NCBI GenBank assembly: GCA_963741945.1
Contig: CAVUKA010000001.1
Location: 416,001-480,000, forward strand
Direction of reading: 5' to 3'
Length of the DNA: 64,000 nt
Origin: an uncultured Gemmatimonadales bacterium
Lineage (GTDB): Bacteria; Gemmatimonadota; Gemmatimonadetes; Longimicrobiales; RSA9
The position numbers were made by a program, and so were the translations under genes. The notes below the pieces were generated by a model. That model ran no database searches. It had not been told where the DNA came from and worked only from the letters and a program-made list of their open reading frames with translations. This document shows, piece by piece, positions 41,477 through 53,872 of the stretch (its first letter is position 1; every line of letters starts with the position of its first letter).

Positions 41477-42174
41477 GGCTGTCCCCTCTCTCCAAACAGG
41501 ACCGTACCGAGCCGCACCAACGTGGCGCCCTCCTCGATCGCGATCTCGAAGTCGTTGCTCATGCCCATGGACAGCTCCCCGCCCCGGATCACTTCCGGCG
41601 CCTGGCGGCGGCACGCCTCCAGCAGATCGCGGGCACGGCGGAACGTGTCGTGAAGGACCGTTTCGTCCCCGGTCCAGGGCGCCATGGTCATGAGCCCGTC
41701 CAGATGGAGGTTACGGAGCCCCGACAGCGGCTCCAGCGCCTCCAGCGCCGCCTCGCGGTCGAACCCGCCCTTGCTGTCCTCGCCCGAAACGTTCACCTGG
41801 AGCAGTCCACGCACCACCGTCCCCGCGCGCCCGCCTTCACCATCGAGCGTGCGCGCGAGTCGGAGGGAGTCCACCGAGTGGATGCGGTCGAACAGGGGAA
41901 TGGCGCTCCGGGACTTGTTCCTCTGGAGATGCCCGATCAGGTGCCATTCCGCGGCGTCTCGTCCCACGAAGGCGACTTTCTGCTCCAGCTCCTGGACCCG
42001 GTTTTCACCGAGCATGCGAAGGCCGGCGCGCACGGCCGCGGCCGCCGCTTCCGGCTCGTGCCCCTTCGTGACCGCCACGAGCCCGACGTCGTCCCGCCGC
42101 CCCACCCGCTCCATGGCCGCGCGAATCCGCTCGCGGACCTCAGGCACCGTCTCCTTCAGCCGTTCGTCCCACAT
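41473..42174 (-). CDS. yggS: PLP homeostasis protein YggS
   Basis: LVAVTK, GENRVQE, WHLIGHLQRNK, LSMGMSNDF, VRLGTVLFG. Confidence 0.96.
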   Translation of the reverse strand: MWDERLKETVPEVRERIRAAMERVGRRDDVGLVAVTKGHEPEAAAAAVRAGLRMLGENRVQELEQKVAFVGRDAAEWHLIGHLQRNKSRSAIPLFDRIHSVDSLRLARTLDGEGGRAGTVVRGLLQVNVSGEDSKGGFDREAALEALEPLSGLRNLHLDGLMTMAPWTGDETVLHDTFRRARDLLEACRRQAPEVIRGGELSMGMSNDFEIAIEEGATLVRLGTVLFGERGQP

Positions 42175-42242
42175 GCCGGCGAAATGGTACGCGAGGGCGG
42201 TCCAAAGATCAACGCCATGCGGACTTCCGCGTCCCAAAGGAA

Positions 42243-42271
42243 GCGGGGCCGACCCGTCGGGCCGGCCCCGC
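42243..42271 (-). terminator. Hairpin downstream of tonB
   Basis: GCGGGGCCG...CGGCCCCGC followed by TTCCTTT on minus strand. Confidence 0.6.
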
Positions 42272-42298
42272 ACACCCTGTCCGTCTTCGGAACGGCGG

Positions 42299-42970
42299 CT
42301 ACTGCACTTCGAACGTGATGTTCAGCGCCACCCAGACGGGCACCTTCTTGTCCCGGTTGTAGGCGGGCGTGAACTCCATCAGGTCCGCCACCTTCTTCGC
42401 GGCCTCGTCGAACGCGTCGTAGCCGCTGGTCTTGTTGATCTGCGTCTTCTGGACGCGGCCGTTCTCATCAATGAAGAACCACATGTTGACCGTGCCGCCG
42501 ATCCCCGCGTCCCGGAGGAGCGGCGGGTAGTAGCGCATGAGCGCCTGCTGCACCTCCGTGCCGTTCTTCAGGTTCGGACGCACCGTCATCGGCGTGAACA
42601 CCGGCGCCGCCGCCAGGTCCTCCTCGTTCGACTCGCTCGGGGGCGGCGGGAGGTTCTCGATCGGGTTCTCCTCGAACGTAGTCGGGGCGATCGTGACATC
42701 CTCGTTGACATCCGCCGCCGCGATCACGGGCGTGGCCGGCCGAGCGATCGCCTGCGGTGGCGGCGGGATCTCGATCTCGTCCGGGAGCTCGACCGACTCG
42801 ATCTGGTCGGACTGGAAGCTCACGTCCTGTGTACCGAAGGTGGGCGAAGCGAGGAAGATCGCCGCATGCACCACCGTGGCCAGGATCAGCGCGACCCAGA
42901 ACCAGTCCGTGAATCCGCGCTTGAAACGGTCATTGGCCGTTTCGTGGACGGCCGCGTTCTTGTCGGCCAT
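42299..42970 (-). CDS. tonB: Energy transducer TonB
   Basis: TM with His, Pro-rich spacer, YYP..GIGGTV..IDENGRV..FTPA TonB C-terminal domain. Confidence 0.9.
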   Translation of the reverse strand: MADKNAAVHETANDRFKRGFTDWFWVALILATVVHAAIFLASPTFGTQDVSFQSDQIESVELPDEIEIPPPPQAIARPATPVIAAADVNEDVTIAPTTFEENPIENLPPPPSESNEEDLAAAPVFTPMTVRPNLKNGTEVQQALMRYYPPLLRDAGIGGTVNMWFFIDENGRVQKTQINKTSGYDAFDEAAKKVADLMEFTPAYNRDKKVPVWVALNITFEVQ

Positions 42971-42972
42971 GC

Positions 42973-43416
42973 CTACCTCCGCTCCCTCGTGATGCGTTCC
43001 TCCAGGTCCGTGTAGAAGGTCAGGCGCAACGCGCCAGCCTCCTGGAGCTCCTGCTGTATGTTATAAATCGTAGCGTACGGAGTGTTCCGATCCGCGCGAA
43101 GCTCGACCAGCAGCTCACGGTTCGCCACGTACAGCGGGGCCACCACGTTGGAGACCCGGTCGATCGGGACCAGGTGATCGTTGATGAAGATCTCGCCATC
43201 CTGCGTCACGAACATGTGCAGGATGTTCTTGCGCTGCTCGTCCAGCTTCTCGGTGGCCTGGGCTTCCGGCCACGGCATCTTCCGCGGCTTTTCCGCCGGG
43301 AAGGTGGTGCTCACCATGAAGAAGATGAGGAGCAGGAACGCCATATCGGCGAGGGACGAGGAGGGGATCTCGCTCGACGCCTTCGACTTCCGTTCGAATC
43401 CTCCGCCCGTGATCAT
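42973..43416 (-). CDS. exbD: Biopolymer transporter ExbD/TolR
   Basis: SSLADMAFLLLIFFMV, LRADRNTPY. Confidence 0.9.
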   Translation of the reverse strand: MITGGGFERKSKASSEIPSSSLADMAFLLLIFFMVSTTFPAEKPRKMPWPEAQATEKLDEQRKNILHMFVTQDGEIFINDHLVPIDRVSNVVAPLYVANRELLVELRADRNTPYATIYNIQQELQEAGALRLTFYTDLEERITRERR

Positions 43417-43423
43417 TGCGCTG

Positions 43424-43843
43424 CTACTCCACGATTCCGAGGTTCACGCGCTCGGCCCCGGCACTCTGGAGCTGATCGAGCACATCGATCATGTAGCGGT
43501 ACGGCGCCGTCGGTGCCGTCTTCACCGCCGCAATGAGATTCGGGTTCTGCGCCACTTCCGTGCGCCAGATCCCGCCGACGTCCGCGGACGGGACGGGCTG
43601 GATCTGCGGGCTCTCGCCGCGCTTCACCTCCACGACGCCGTTCGCCTGGATGGTGAAGAAGATCAGGTTCTTCGACGAAACGGCCGCTTCCTGGCCGGTC
43701 TCGGGCAGCACGATGCTCAGCCCCTTCTCCTCGTCGAAAATCGTGGTGACGAGAAAGAAAATGAGGAGCAGGAACGCGATGTCCGCCATGGAGGACGTCG
43801 GGATATCACCCGACGCCCGTGACTTCTTCTTCAGGATCGCCAT
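43424..43843 (-). CDS. exbD: Biopolymer transporter ExbD/TolR
   Basis: SSMADIAFLLLIFFLV, APY..MIDVLDQL. Confidence 0.9.
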   Translation of the reverse strand: MAILKKKSRASGDIPTSSMADIAFLLLIFFLVTTIFDEEKGLSIVLPETGQEAAVSSKNLIFFTIQANGVVEVKRGESPQIQPVPSADVGGIWRTEVAQNPNLIAAVKTAPTAPYRYMIDVLDQLQSAGAERVNLGIVE

Positions 43844-43856
43844 TGCTTCGTACGCC

Positions 43857-44675
43857 TCAGTCGATCTGCGTGTCTTCCGGCGGACGCTGGACCGGGTCCG
43901 TGTACGGCCGTTCCTTCGCCTCCGCATCGTGAATGGACTTCGCCGTGCCTGGCATCTTGGTAACCGGCGACGCGGGAGTGGTTCCCCCCACGCCGGCCGG
44001 CGCGAGCCGGCCCTCGGACTCCATGCGCCACACCATGCGCAGCACGGCGCCCGTCCCCTCCTCCATGTCCACGATCAGCTTGTCGATGCGTGTCACGAAG
44101 TAGTTGTACCCGATGTTCACCGGAACGGCGATGATCAGGCCGGTGGCGGTGGTGATCAGCGCCACCTTGATCCCGCCGGCGACCAGGGCCGCGTCCACCT
44201 GCCCGGCCTGGGCGATGGCGCCGAAAGCGGAGATCATGCCCGCCACGGTGCCGAGGAAGCCCAGGAGCGGAGCCACGTTGGCGACGGTGGCCAGGACCAC
44301 CAGCCCGCGCTCGAGGAATCCGAGCTCGATGGCGCCCGTGGTCTGAACCGCCTTCTCCACGCCCGCGCCCGTGGCCGTGTGCTCGCGCACCCTGCGGAGC
44401 CCGGCGTAGAGGATGGCGGCGACGGGACCCGGCCGTTCCTCGGCGAGGCGCAGGGCCTCATCGATGCGGCCTTCCCGCCCGAGCTTGTCGACCGACTCGA
44501 GCAGCCCCTTCGACTCCCGGTGTGCCACCCATAGGGTCCATGCCTTGGCGATGATCACACCCACCGCGAGCAGTGAGCAGATGATGAGCGGGTACATCAT
44601 CGGCCCGCCGTCCGCGAAAAGGTTCATCAGGTTGAACCCTTCCTGTGCAGCACTCTGCGCGACCTGTTGGTTCAT
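43857..44675 (-). CDS. exbB: MotA/TolQ/ExbB proton channel protein
   Basis: GGPMMYPL, APLLGFLGTVAGMI, GIKVALITTATGL. Confidence 0.92.
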   Translation of the reverse strand: MNQQVAQSAAQEGFNLMNLFADGGPMMYPLIICSLLAVGVIIAKAWTLWVAHRESKGLLESVDKLGREGRIDEALRLAEERPGPVAAILYAGLRRVREHTATGAGVEKAVQTTGAIELGFLERGLVVLATVANVAPLLGFLGTVAGMISAFGAIAQAGQVDAALVAGGIKVALITTATGLIIAVPVNIGYNYFVTRIDKLIVDMEEGTGAVLRMVWRMESEGRLAPAGVGGTTPASPVTKMPGTAKSIHDAEAKERPYTDPVQRPPEDTQID

Positions 44676-44750
44676 TTCACTCTTCTGCCGTACGTGCTCC
44701 GCAACGCGGAGAAGATGAAGGAAGTCCAGAGTTTACCCTCAATCCGGGGC

Positions 44751-44779
44751 AATGTAGGGATACCCCGAAAAGGTGTCAA
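44751..44779 (-). promoter_or_regulatory. sigma70 promoter of exbB operon
   Basis: TTGACA-N17-TACATT. Confidence 0.7.
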
Positions 44780-44786
44780 CGCGCCA

Positions 44787-45578
44787 TCACTCCGCGATCG
44801 CCCGTGTGCCCGCCACGCCGATGAGGGCCGCGCGCAGCCGCTCGGGTGAAACATTGCGCTCCAGTCGGCCTCGCTGGGCCATGGAAACCTGCAATGTCTC
44901 CTCGCTCACCACCACCACCAGGGCATCCGTTTCCTCGGAGAGACCGATGGCCGCGCGGTGGCGGGTGCCCAGGCTCTTGTCGGCCACGGGGAACTGCGTG
45001 AGCGGGAGGATCACGCCGGCGGCGATGATCGTGTCGCCGCTGACCAGCAGCGCGCCATCGTGGAGCGGACCGTAGGGGGCGAAGATGCTGACGATGATGT
45101 CGGAGGAGACGCGCGCCTGGATGCGGGTGCCGGTGTCGGCGTACTCGTCGAGGCCGACGTCGCGCTGGATGGCGATGATGCCGCCGATCTTGGCGCGGGA
45201 GAGCCGCTCGACTCCCTCCACGAGCTCCTCGACCACCGCGCTCTCCTCCATCTTGTTGAAGAGGCGGAGCATGCGGCTCTGGCCGAGCCGCGCGAGCGCG
45301 CTGCGGAGCTCGGGCTGGAACACGATGAGTGCGGCGATCACCCCGTACTGGAACGCCACCTCGAGGATCCGGTTGATCAGGTCCAGGCCGAGGAACCGGG
45401 AGGCGAAGAAGATGGCGGCGAGGAGGAGGAGCCCGAACAGCATCTGCATGGCCCGGGTGCGCGCCAGCAGCCGGAGGATGTAGTAGATGCCGATGGCGAC
45501 GATGACGATCTGGATCGCGTCCGCGGCACGCGGGAGCAGGAACCCATAGCGTGCAATCGCGTCGAACCAGCCGCTCAT
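44787..45578 (-). CDS. dacA: Diadenylate cyclase CdaA/DacA
   Basis: Three N-terminal TMs, IVFQPELR, PLHDGA, GTRHRAA, VVSEET motifs. Confidence 0.95.
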   Translation of the reverse strand: MSGWFDAIARYGFLLPRAADAIQIVIVAIGIYYILRLLARTRAMQMLFGLLLLAAIFFASRFLGLDLINRILEVAFQYGVIAALIVFQPELRSALARLGQSRMLRLFNKMEESAVVEELVEGVERLSRAKIGGIIAIQRDVGLDEYADTGTRIQARVSSDIIVSIFAPYGPLHDGALLVSGDTIIAAGVILPLTQFPVADKSLGTRHRAAIGLSEETDALVVVVSEETLQVSMAQRGRLERNVSPERLRAALIGVAGTRAIAE

Positions 45579-46504
45579 GGGGTCACCGCCTCCGCCACGG
45601 CCAGGGCGCGGCGCACCGGCGCAACATCGTGGACGCGAAAAATGCGGGCGCCGCCGATCCACGCGACGACGCAGGCGGCGACAGTCCCCGGCACCCGCTC
45701 CTCGACGGGCAGCCCGCCGGCCAGCTCGCCCACGAAGCGCTTGCGCGATGGGCCGACGAGGAGCGGGAACCCGAGCGTCGCCAGGCGGGGAAGCCCACGC
45801 AGGACGGCCACGGTGTGCTCCGTGCGCTTGGCGAAGCCCAGCCCCGGGTCGAGCACGATGGCTTCCCCGGCGATGCCGGCGCCGACGGCATGGCGGACCG
45901 CGGCCCTGAGCTCCAGCGCCACGTCGTCCGTCGGGTCGGGGCCGTACTCCGCCAGGTGGTAGCGAGCCATGTCGGCCACGCCGCCGCGCGAGTGCATGAG
46001 TACCACGCCCGCGCGCGCCTCCGCGCACGTGACGGCCATGGCCGGGTCGAGGCGCAGCGCGGAGACATCGTTGACGATGGCGGCGCCAGCATCGAGGGCG
46101 GCCCGGGCCACCTCGGCCTTCACGGTGTCGATGGAGACGGGGACGTCCGGATGCTCCCGCACCAGCACGTCGATCACGGGCAGGGTGCGCGCGCGCTCCT
46201 CGTGCGCGGACACCGGCACCGCCCCGGGGCGCGTGGACTCGCCGCCGACGTCCAGGATGTCGGCCCCCTCCTCGATCATGCGCTCCGCCCGGCGCAGGGC
46301 GTCACCGGGAGAGCGAGAGCGGCCGCCGCCCCAGAAGGAGTCGGGGGTGAGATTCAGGATCCCCATGACGCGGGGCCGGTCCAGCGGGATGGCGCGGTCG
46401 GCCAGGCGCCAGATGGACGAGCGGCGACCGGCTCCGGATGCGGAAACGGCCCCCGCTGACCCTCCGAGGAGCTCGACATCGGTCCCTGCGGCGTCGCTCC
46501 CCAT
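45575..46504 (-). CDS. folP: Dihydropteroate synthase
   Basis: MGILNLTPDSF, DVGGESTRPG, DPGLGF, SRKRF, RVHDV. Confidence 0.96.
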   Translation of the reverse strand: MGSDAAGTDVELLGGSAGAVSASGAGRRSSIWRLADRAIPLDRPRVMGILNLTPDSFWGGGRSRSPGDALRRAERMIEEGADILDVGGESTRPGAVPVSAHEERARTLPVIDVLVREHPDVPVSIDTVKAEVARAALDAGAAIVNDVSALRLDPAMAVTCAEARAGVVLMHSRGGVADMARYHLAEYGPDPTDDVALELRAAVRHAVGAGIAGEAIVLDPGLGFAKRTEHTVAVLRGLPRLATLGFPLLVGPSRKRFVGELAGGLPVEERVPGTVAACVVAWIGGARIFRVHDVAPVRRALAVAEAVTP

Positions 46505-46511
46505 GCTTGCC

Positions 46512-48584
<2,073 letters not shown>

Positions 48585-48593
48585 CGACTCCTG

Positions 48594-49143
<550 letters not shown>

Positions 49144-49160
<17 letters not shown>

Positions 49161-50514
49161 CCTCCACCACGATCTCGAGTCCACCCTCGCCGCCGGCGAC
49201 ATCGCTCGCGCGCGCGACACCGACCACCCAGAGCACCGTCCCGCTCGCATCCACGAGCACCGGTGCGCGCTGACGCTCGCGGCAGTCGAGGCGATGCTCG
49301 CCGAACAGCTTCTTCAGCTTCTTACTGCCGTACTGCAATCGAATCCGATCCCCGGTCCGCCAGCCGCGCAGCGAGAGCGGGAATCGCGACGCGGTGATCG
49401 TGGCCTGCCGATCGTCGCCCGCGGGCGGCCGGTCCGGCATCGCAGCAGCGGGCGACCATCGGACGGCCAGGGTCCGTCCACCCACCACGGCCCGTCCTTC
49501 TCCCGGCCCGCGGTCTGCGATCTCCAGCGGCCGATCCTCCACTGCGCCCCGCGAGACCCTGCGGACGACGATCCGGTCGAACGCCCGCTCCAGCCTCGCG
49601 TCCGCGGACAGGTCCACGCCGTGGCCACTGCGACCGGTCATGATAAACTCCAACGCCGCCTGGGTTCCTGCCCGACCGGGCGTGGTCCCAAAGCGGCGGA
49701 GCAGATCGCGGAGCATCCGGGCCCGCAGGTGCGGATGATAGGCGCGGAGAACATCACGGGCAAGCACGAGCGCCTCGTCATCCCGGGCAAGGACGACGTC
49801 CCTTTCGAGCCGCCCGAGGGCGTGCTCCCACGCGGCCTCGTCGCGGCGCGCCGAAGCGGCCAGCGCGGCCAGCGCCCGGGCGGCATCCGGGCGCGCGCGC
49901 TCGAGCGCCGGAAGCACGGAATGGCGGATCCGATTGCGGGCGAACGAGAGGTCGAAGTTGGTGGGGTCGTCGCGCCAGCGCAGGCCGGCGTCGCGGGCGT
50001 AGCGCGTCAGCTCGGCGCGCGTGAACGGCAGGAGCGGCCGCACGAGCCGGCCACGGCGGGGCGCGATGCCACGCAGCCCCGGGGTCCCGGTGCCGCGGGT
50101 GATGCGGAAGAGGACCGTCTCGGCCTGGTCGTCCAGGTGGTGGGCGGTGGCGATGCGCGCCCCTGGCGGGGCCGCGCGATCGAGGAACGCGTAACGGACA
50201 CTGCGGGCGTCCGCTTCGGACGCGGGTGGCGGGTCCGCGCGCTGGCACACGAGGGGGATCCCCCACGCGATGCAGAGACCCCGGACCCAGAGCGCGTCGT
50301 GCGCGCTGCGGGGGCGCATGGCGTGGTCCAGGTGGGCGGCGGAGAGGTCGAGGGCGAGATCGGCGAGCGGGAAGCGGAGCAGGTGGAGCAGGGCCACGGA
50401 GTCGAGGCCGCCGGAGAGGGCCACGGCCACGGCGTCGCCCGGTCGGACCAGCCCGGAGGCGGCGAGGTGGCGGCGCAGTCGCGGCGGGAGCGGCGAGTCC
50501 TGCGCCCGGGCCAC
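49144..50514 (-). CDS. tilS: tRNA(Ile)-lysidine synthetase
   Basis: SGGLDS, AHHLDDQAET, RPLL, DPTN..RNRIR, C-terminal TilS domain. Confidence 0.95.
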
Positions 50515-50515
50515 G

Positions 50516-51337
50516 TCAGGGACGGGAGCGGTGCAGTGGCGGCTCGACGCGCTCATCGAAGACGCGGCGGCCGAGGTCGGGGCGATCCGTGATGATGCCG
50601 TCGACGCCCCAGTCCAGGAGGCGGGCCATGTCGGCCGGGTCGTCGACGGTCCACACGTGGACCGGGACACCGTGGCGTGCGGCATCCTGCACGAACCGGG
50701 GCGTGACCACGCGCAGCGGGCCGTGCGTCTCGGGCACCTGGAAGACCTCGCACGTGGGGCGCCAGAGCCTTGCCAGGCGGATCCGGTGCAGGATCATGAA
50801 CGCGCGCGCGTCGCTCGTGGAACCGCTGCGCGCGCCGGTGAAGTCGCCGAACAGCGTCCGCTCCCCGTCCTCCATGCCGGCTGCGACCACGCGGTCCGTG
50901 GCGCCCATCCGGCGAATGGTTTCGAACATGGGCGCCTGGGCGGCGCACGCTTTCACTTCCAGGGTGAAGCGGGTGTCGGGAAAGCTTTCGAGCGCCTCGG
51001 CGAGCGTGGCGATGCCGATCCCCTGCCCCTGGAACGGGTGCGCGCCACGGGCGTCCGTGAAGCGGTAGCCGAAATCGAGATCCCGAAGCTGTTCGAGCGT
51101 CATGTCGGCCACGGGCCCCGTGCCATCGCTGGTGCGGTCCACGGTGGGGTCGTGGATGATCACGCACTCGCCATCGGCGCTGGCGTGAACATCCGTCTCG
51201 ATCATGTCCACGCTCCACTGCTCCACCGCCTCGAGGAAGGAAGCGAGCGTGTTCTCCGGGGCGAGACCGGCGGCGCCCCGGTGTCCAACGAGGAGCGGTC
51301 CGCCGGCGAGCGCCGCGTATCCACGCCCGGGGCTCAT
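50516..51337 (-). CDS. Glycerophosphodiester phosphodiesterase
   Basis: GHRGAAGLAPENT, IETDV, HDPTVDRT, WTVD, GVDGIITD. Confidence 0.93.
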   Translation of the reverse strand: MSPGRGYAALAGGPLLVGHRGAAGLAPENTLASFLEAVEQWSVDMIETDVHASADGECVIIHDPTVDRTSDGTGPVADMTLEQLRDLDFGYRFTDARGAHPFQGQGIGIATLAEALESFPDTRFTLEVKACAAQAPMFETIRRMGATDRVVAAGMEDGERTLFGDFTGARSGSTSDARAFMILHRIRLARLWRPTCEVFQVPETHGPLRVVTPRFVQDAARHGVPVHVWTVDDPADMARLLDWGVDGIITDRPDLGRRVFDERVEPPLHRSRP

Positions 51338-51867
51338 CCCCGGTCCCGGTTCCGGGACGGCCCCTGCCGCTCGAGCCGCTCGACCTCCTCCACGTCGATG
51401 CCATGCTGGCGGTAGAGGACGAGGTCGATGAGCCGGGTGGCGACCTGCCGCTCCATGGCCGCGTCCGGGTCGCTGTCCGGGTCGACCTCGCAGCAGCGAA
51501 CGGCCAGGAAGATGAGGATGTCCTCCACCACTTCCGGGCGAGGGTGCGCGGGGGCGCCGGAATCGGGCCTGACCTCGCGAAGCAGGAGCCCCTCGATGAA
51601 CGCGAGGAAGCCGGGGAAGGTGAACTCGACGAGCCCGCTGTCCGCGAGCCCCTCCTCCTCCGTCACCTGCTCCCACGAGAGCTCGTTCCAGAACAGCTCC
51701 TCCGCTTCCTCGAGGAGGAACCGCCTGCGGTCTTCGGGGAGCCCGCCGGACGGCGCGGGGGTGTGGAGCGGCCGCTGCAGCAGCCGCGCGAGGCGCTGTC
51801 GTCGCCGGCTGAGATACTCACGCCCCCGCTCGAGGGCGGCGCGGGAAGGCTGTTCCATGAGGCTCAC
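51334..51867 (-). CDS. Hypothetical protein
   Basis: Helical acidic ORF overlapping GDPD start by 4 bp; upstream TTGCCC-N17-TATCCT. Confidence 0.7.
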   Translation of the reverse strand: MSLMEQPSRAALERGREYLSRRRQRLARLLQRPLHTPAPSGGLPEDRRRFLLEEAEELFWNELSWEQVTEEEGLADSGLVEFTFPGFLAFIEGLLLREVRPDSGAPAHPRPEVVEDILIFLAVRCCEVDPDSDPDAAMERQVATRLIDLVLYRQHGIDVEEVERLERQGPSRNRDRG

Positions 51868-51963
51868 TGATGCGGGTCACGTTCCGGGGATAGGATAGGC
51901 GGCTGTCGCCCCCGGGGCAAAGAGGGTGGGGTCGCGGGCTCGGCGGCCTCGCGGCGGGCGGGG

Positions 51964-52656
51964 TCAGCCGCCGAAGATGTCGTCGGCCAGGGCCTGGCGG
52001 GTGGCGGCGTTGTCCACGGTGGCCGCGGGGTCGAAGGCGCCGACCGGGAACGCGGGCGGGTCGCCATCCTCGTCCGGACCGATGAGGACGGATTCGGCGA
52101 AGAGCCGCGTGACTCGCCGCAGCTGCCCCTCCATCTCGGCAATGATGGTGGACGCGTGGTCGAGCTGCTGGGAGATGATGTCCTGGAACTGGAGCGCGGT
52201 GACGAGGGCGTGCAGCTCGTCGCGGAGCGCGTCGAACGCGGCCGCGTCTCCCGGCTCCTGCTGGACGCGGTCGACAATGGCCAGCGCCCGGTCGACGCCG
52301 TCGAGCATGTTGACGGCCGCGAACTCCGTGGTGGAGCTTACCTCGAGCAGCTTGGCGTTCGTGTTCTCGAGGTTGGTGAGGGTGGCCTCCTCCAGCAGAC
52401 CGCGGCTGCGACGGACGTTGTACAGGATCCGCTGCAGCTCCGCATACATGCGCAGCAGGAGCGTGTCCACGCCGCGGCTGCCCGCGCGACGGTCGGCGAG
52501 CTGCTCGATCAGCCCCAGCACGCCGGCGTTGACGCCATCGTCGCCGTCCTGCTCGATGGCGAGGTCTTCCACCAGGTCATCCACGAGGCGCAGCGTCACC
52601 TCGGAATCCTGAAGGAGCTCGCGTGAGAGTCCGGCCACGTTGCCTCCATCGCTCAC
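51964..52656 (-). CDS. cheZ: CheZ-like chemotaxis phosphatase
   Basis: LLEVSSTTE.AA..MLD and ALQFQDIISQQL (DxxxQ) motifs; overlaps cheY stop. Confidence 0.7.
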   Translation of the reverse strand: MSDGGNVAGLSRELLQDSEVTLRLVDDLVEDLAIEQDGDDGVNAGVLGLIEQLADRRAGSRGVDTLLLRMYAELQRILYNVRRSRGLLEEATLTNLENTNAKLLEVSSTTEFAAVNMLDGVDRALAIVDRVQQEPGDAAAFDALRDELHALVTALQFQDIISQQLDHASTIIAEMEGQLRRVTRLFAESVLIGPDEDGDPPAFPVGAFDPAATVDNAATRQALADDIFGG

Positions 52657-53033
52657 GCGGCCGCTCCGCTCAGCGCGCCCAGGACCTGGTCGATCTTCTG
52701 CTTCAGGACCTCGGGCGTGAACGGCTTGACCACGTAGTTGTTCACCCCGGCCTGCGCCGCGGCGACGATGTCCTCCCGGATGCTCCGGGTGGTGACCATC
52801 AGGATCGGGACGGCGGCACCGTCCGGTCGGGCGCGGAGCGCCTTCACCAGGTCCAGGCCGCCCATGTTGGGCATGTTCCAGTCGGTGATGACGAAGTCGA
52901 TGGAGGCATCGAACGCCTGGAGCGCCTCGACGCCGTCCCCGGCCTCCGCGAACTGGCCATAGCCGATCCGCCCGAGGGAGTTGGCCACGATGCGCCGCAT
53001 GGTGGCCGAGTCGTCGACAATCAGGAACTTCAT
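52653..53033 (-). CDS. cheY: Chemotaxis response regulator CheY
   Basis: LIVDDSATMRRI, TDWNMPNM, MVTT, YVVKPFT single receiver domain. Confidence 0.93.
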   Translation of the reverse strand: MKFLIVDDSATMRRIVANSLGRIGYGQFAEAGDGVEALQAFDASIDFVITDWNMPNMGGLDLVKALRARPDGAAVPILMVTTRSIREDIVAAAQAGVNNYVVKPFTPEVLKQKIDQVLGALSGAAA

Positions 53034-53049
53034 GGATCTCGTCTCCGCG

Positions 53050-53346
53050 TCAGACGTCGCCGCGCCGGAGCATGCGGCGGGCCACCGTGTCCAGGACCTC
53101 GGGCGCGTCGTAGGAGCCGTCGGCGATGCGCTGGCGGATCCGGGCGACGCGCTCCGGATCGAGACCGGGCACCTGGTCCAGGTGCGCCACGGCCTGCCGT
53201 CCCTCCTGCGAGATCTCGACGCGGTCGGCACGTGGCCGGGCGGTGGTGCCCGGAGCATCCTCGCCCACCTTCTCCGGCGGCGCGGGGCGCTCGGCCGGCT
53301 CGGCGCGGTCGAGGCGAATCGATGGCTTGTCTATGGGTCCGATCAT
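53050..53346 (-). CDS. flgM: Anti-sigma28 factor FlgM
   Basis: DRVEIS and ERVARIRQRIADGSY motifs; sigma28 promoter upstream. Confidence 0.88.
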   Translation of the reverse strand: MIGPIDKPSIRLDRAEPAERPAPPEKVGEDAPGTTARPRADRVEISQEGRQAVAHLDQVPGLDPERVARIRQRIADGSYDAPEVLDTVARRMLRRGDV

Positions 53347-53371
53347 GGCTCTCTCCTGCTGGTTGCCGGGG

Positions 53372-53398
53372 TTATCGGCAGCCCCGCCGAATACTTTA
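53372..53398 (-). promoter_or_regulatory. sigma28 promoter (flgM-cheY-cheZ)
   Basis: TAAA-N15-GCCGATAA. Confidence 0.85.
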
Positions 53399-53407
53399 GC
53401 CTGCGCA

Positions 53408-53872
53408 TCAGAGCTTCACGTCCAGGTGAGCGGCATCCTCCCCGCCCGTCAGGGCATACGTGTCCCTGGCCGCCTTCCTGCTCTCGAGCCCGCGGAGCGC
53501 ACGGCCGGTGTCGTCGCGCAAGTGCGCGAGCCGGCTGAGCAGGGCCTGGTCGGTGCGCCAGCACTCGGCCAGGCGCGCCCGCATGCGCGCTACCACATCG
53601 TCCAGCTCGGGGTCGCCGGCGGGCGGGACGGCGAGGCCGTCGATCTCGCGGGCGACTGCCGTCCGCTCCTGGGCGAGGGCGTGGAACCGATCCAGGTCCG
53701 GCGCCTCCTCGTCCAGCGCGCTCAGCTGATCGACCAGGATGCGCGCGTAGCGGCCGCAGGCGTCGAGACGCCGGGCTGCCACATCGCGGGCGTCCGGTCG
53801 CGCCGCACCGGCCGGAGCGGACGAAGCATCGGCACGGCTTCCCGAGCGCCCGTTCTGCGCGCCGTGGATCAT
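53408..53872 (-). CDS. FliT/FlgN-like helical flagellar chaperone
   Basis: Helical ORF with ATGA overlap after fliS; assignment mainly positional. Confidence 0.55.
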   Translation of the reverse strand: MIHGAQNGRSGSRADASSAPAGAARPDARDVAARRLDACGRYARILVDQLSALDEEAPDLDRFHALAQERTAVAREIDGLAVPPAGDPELDDVVARMRARLAECWRTDQALLSRLAHLRDDTGRALRGLESRKAARDTYALTGGEDAAHLDVKL

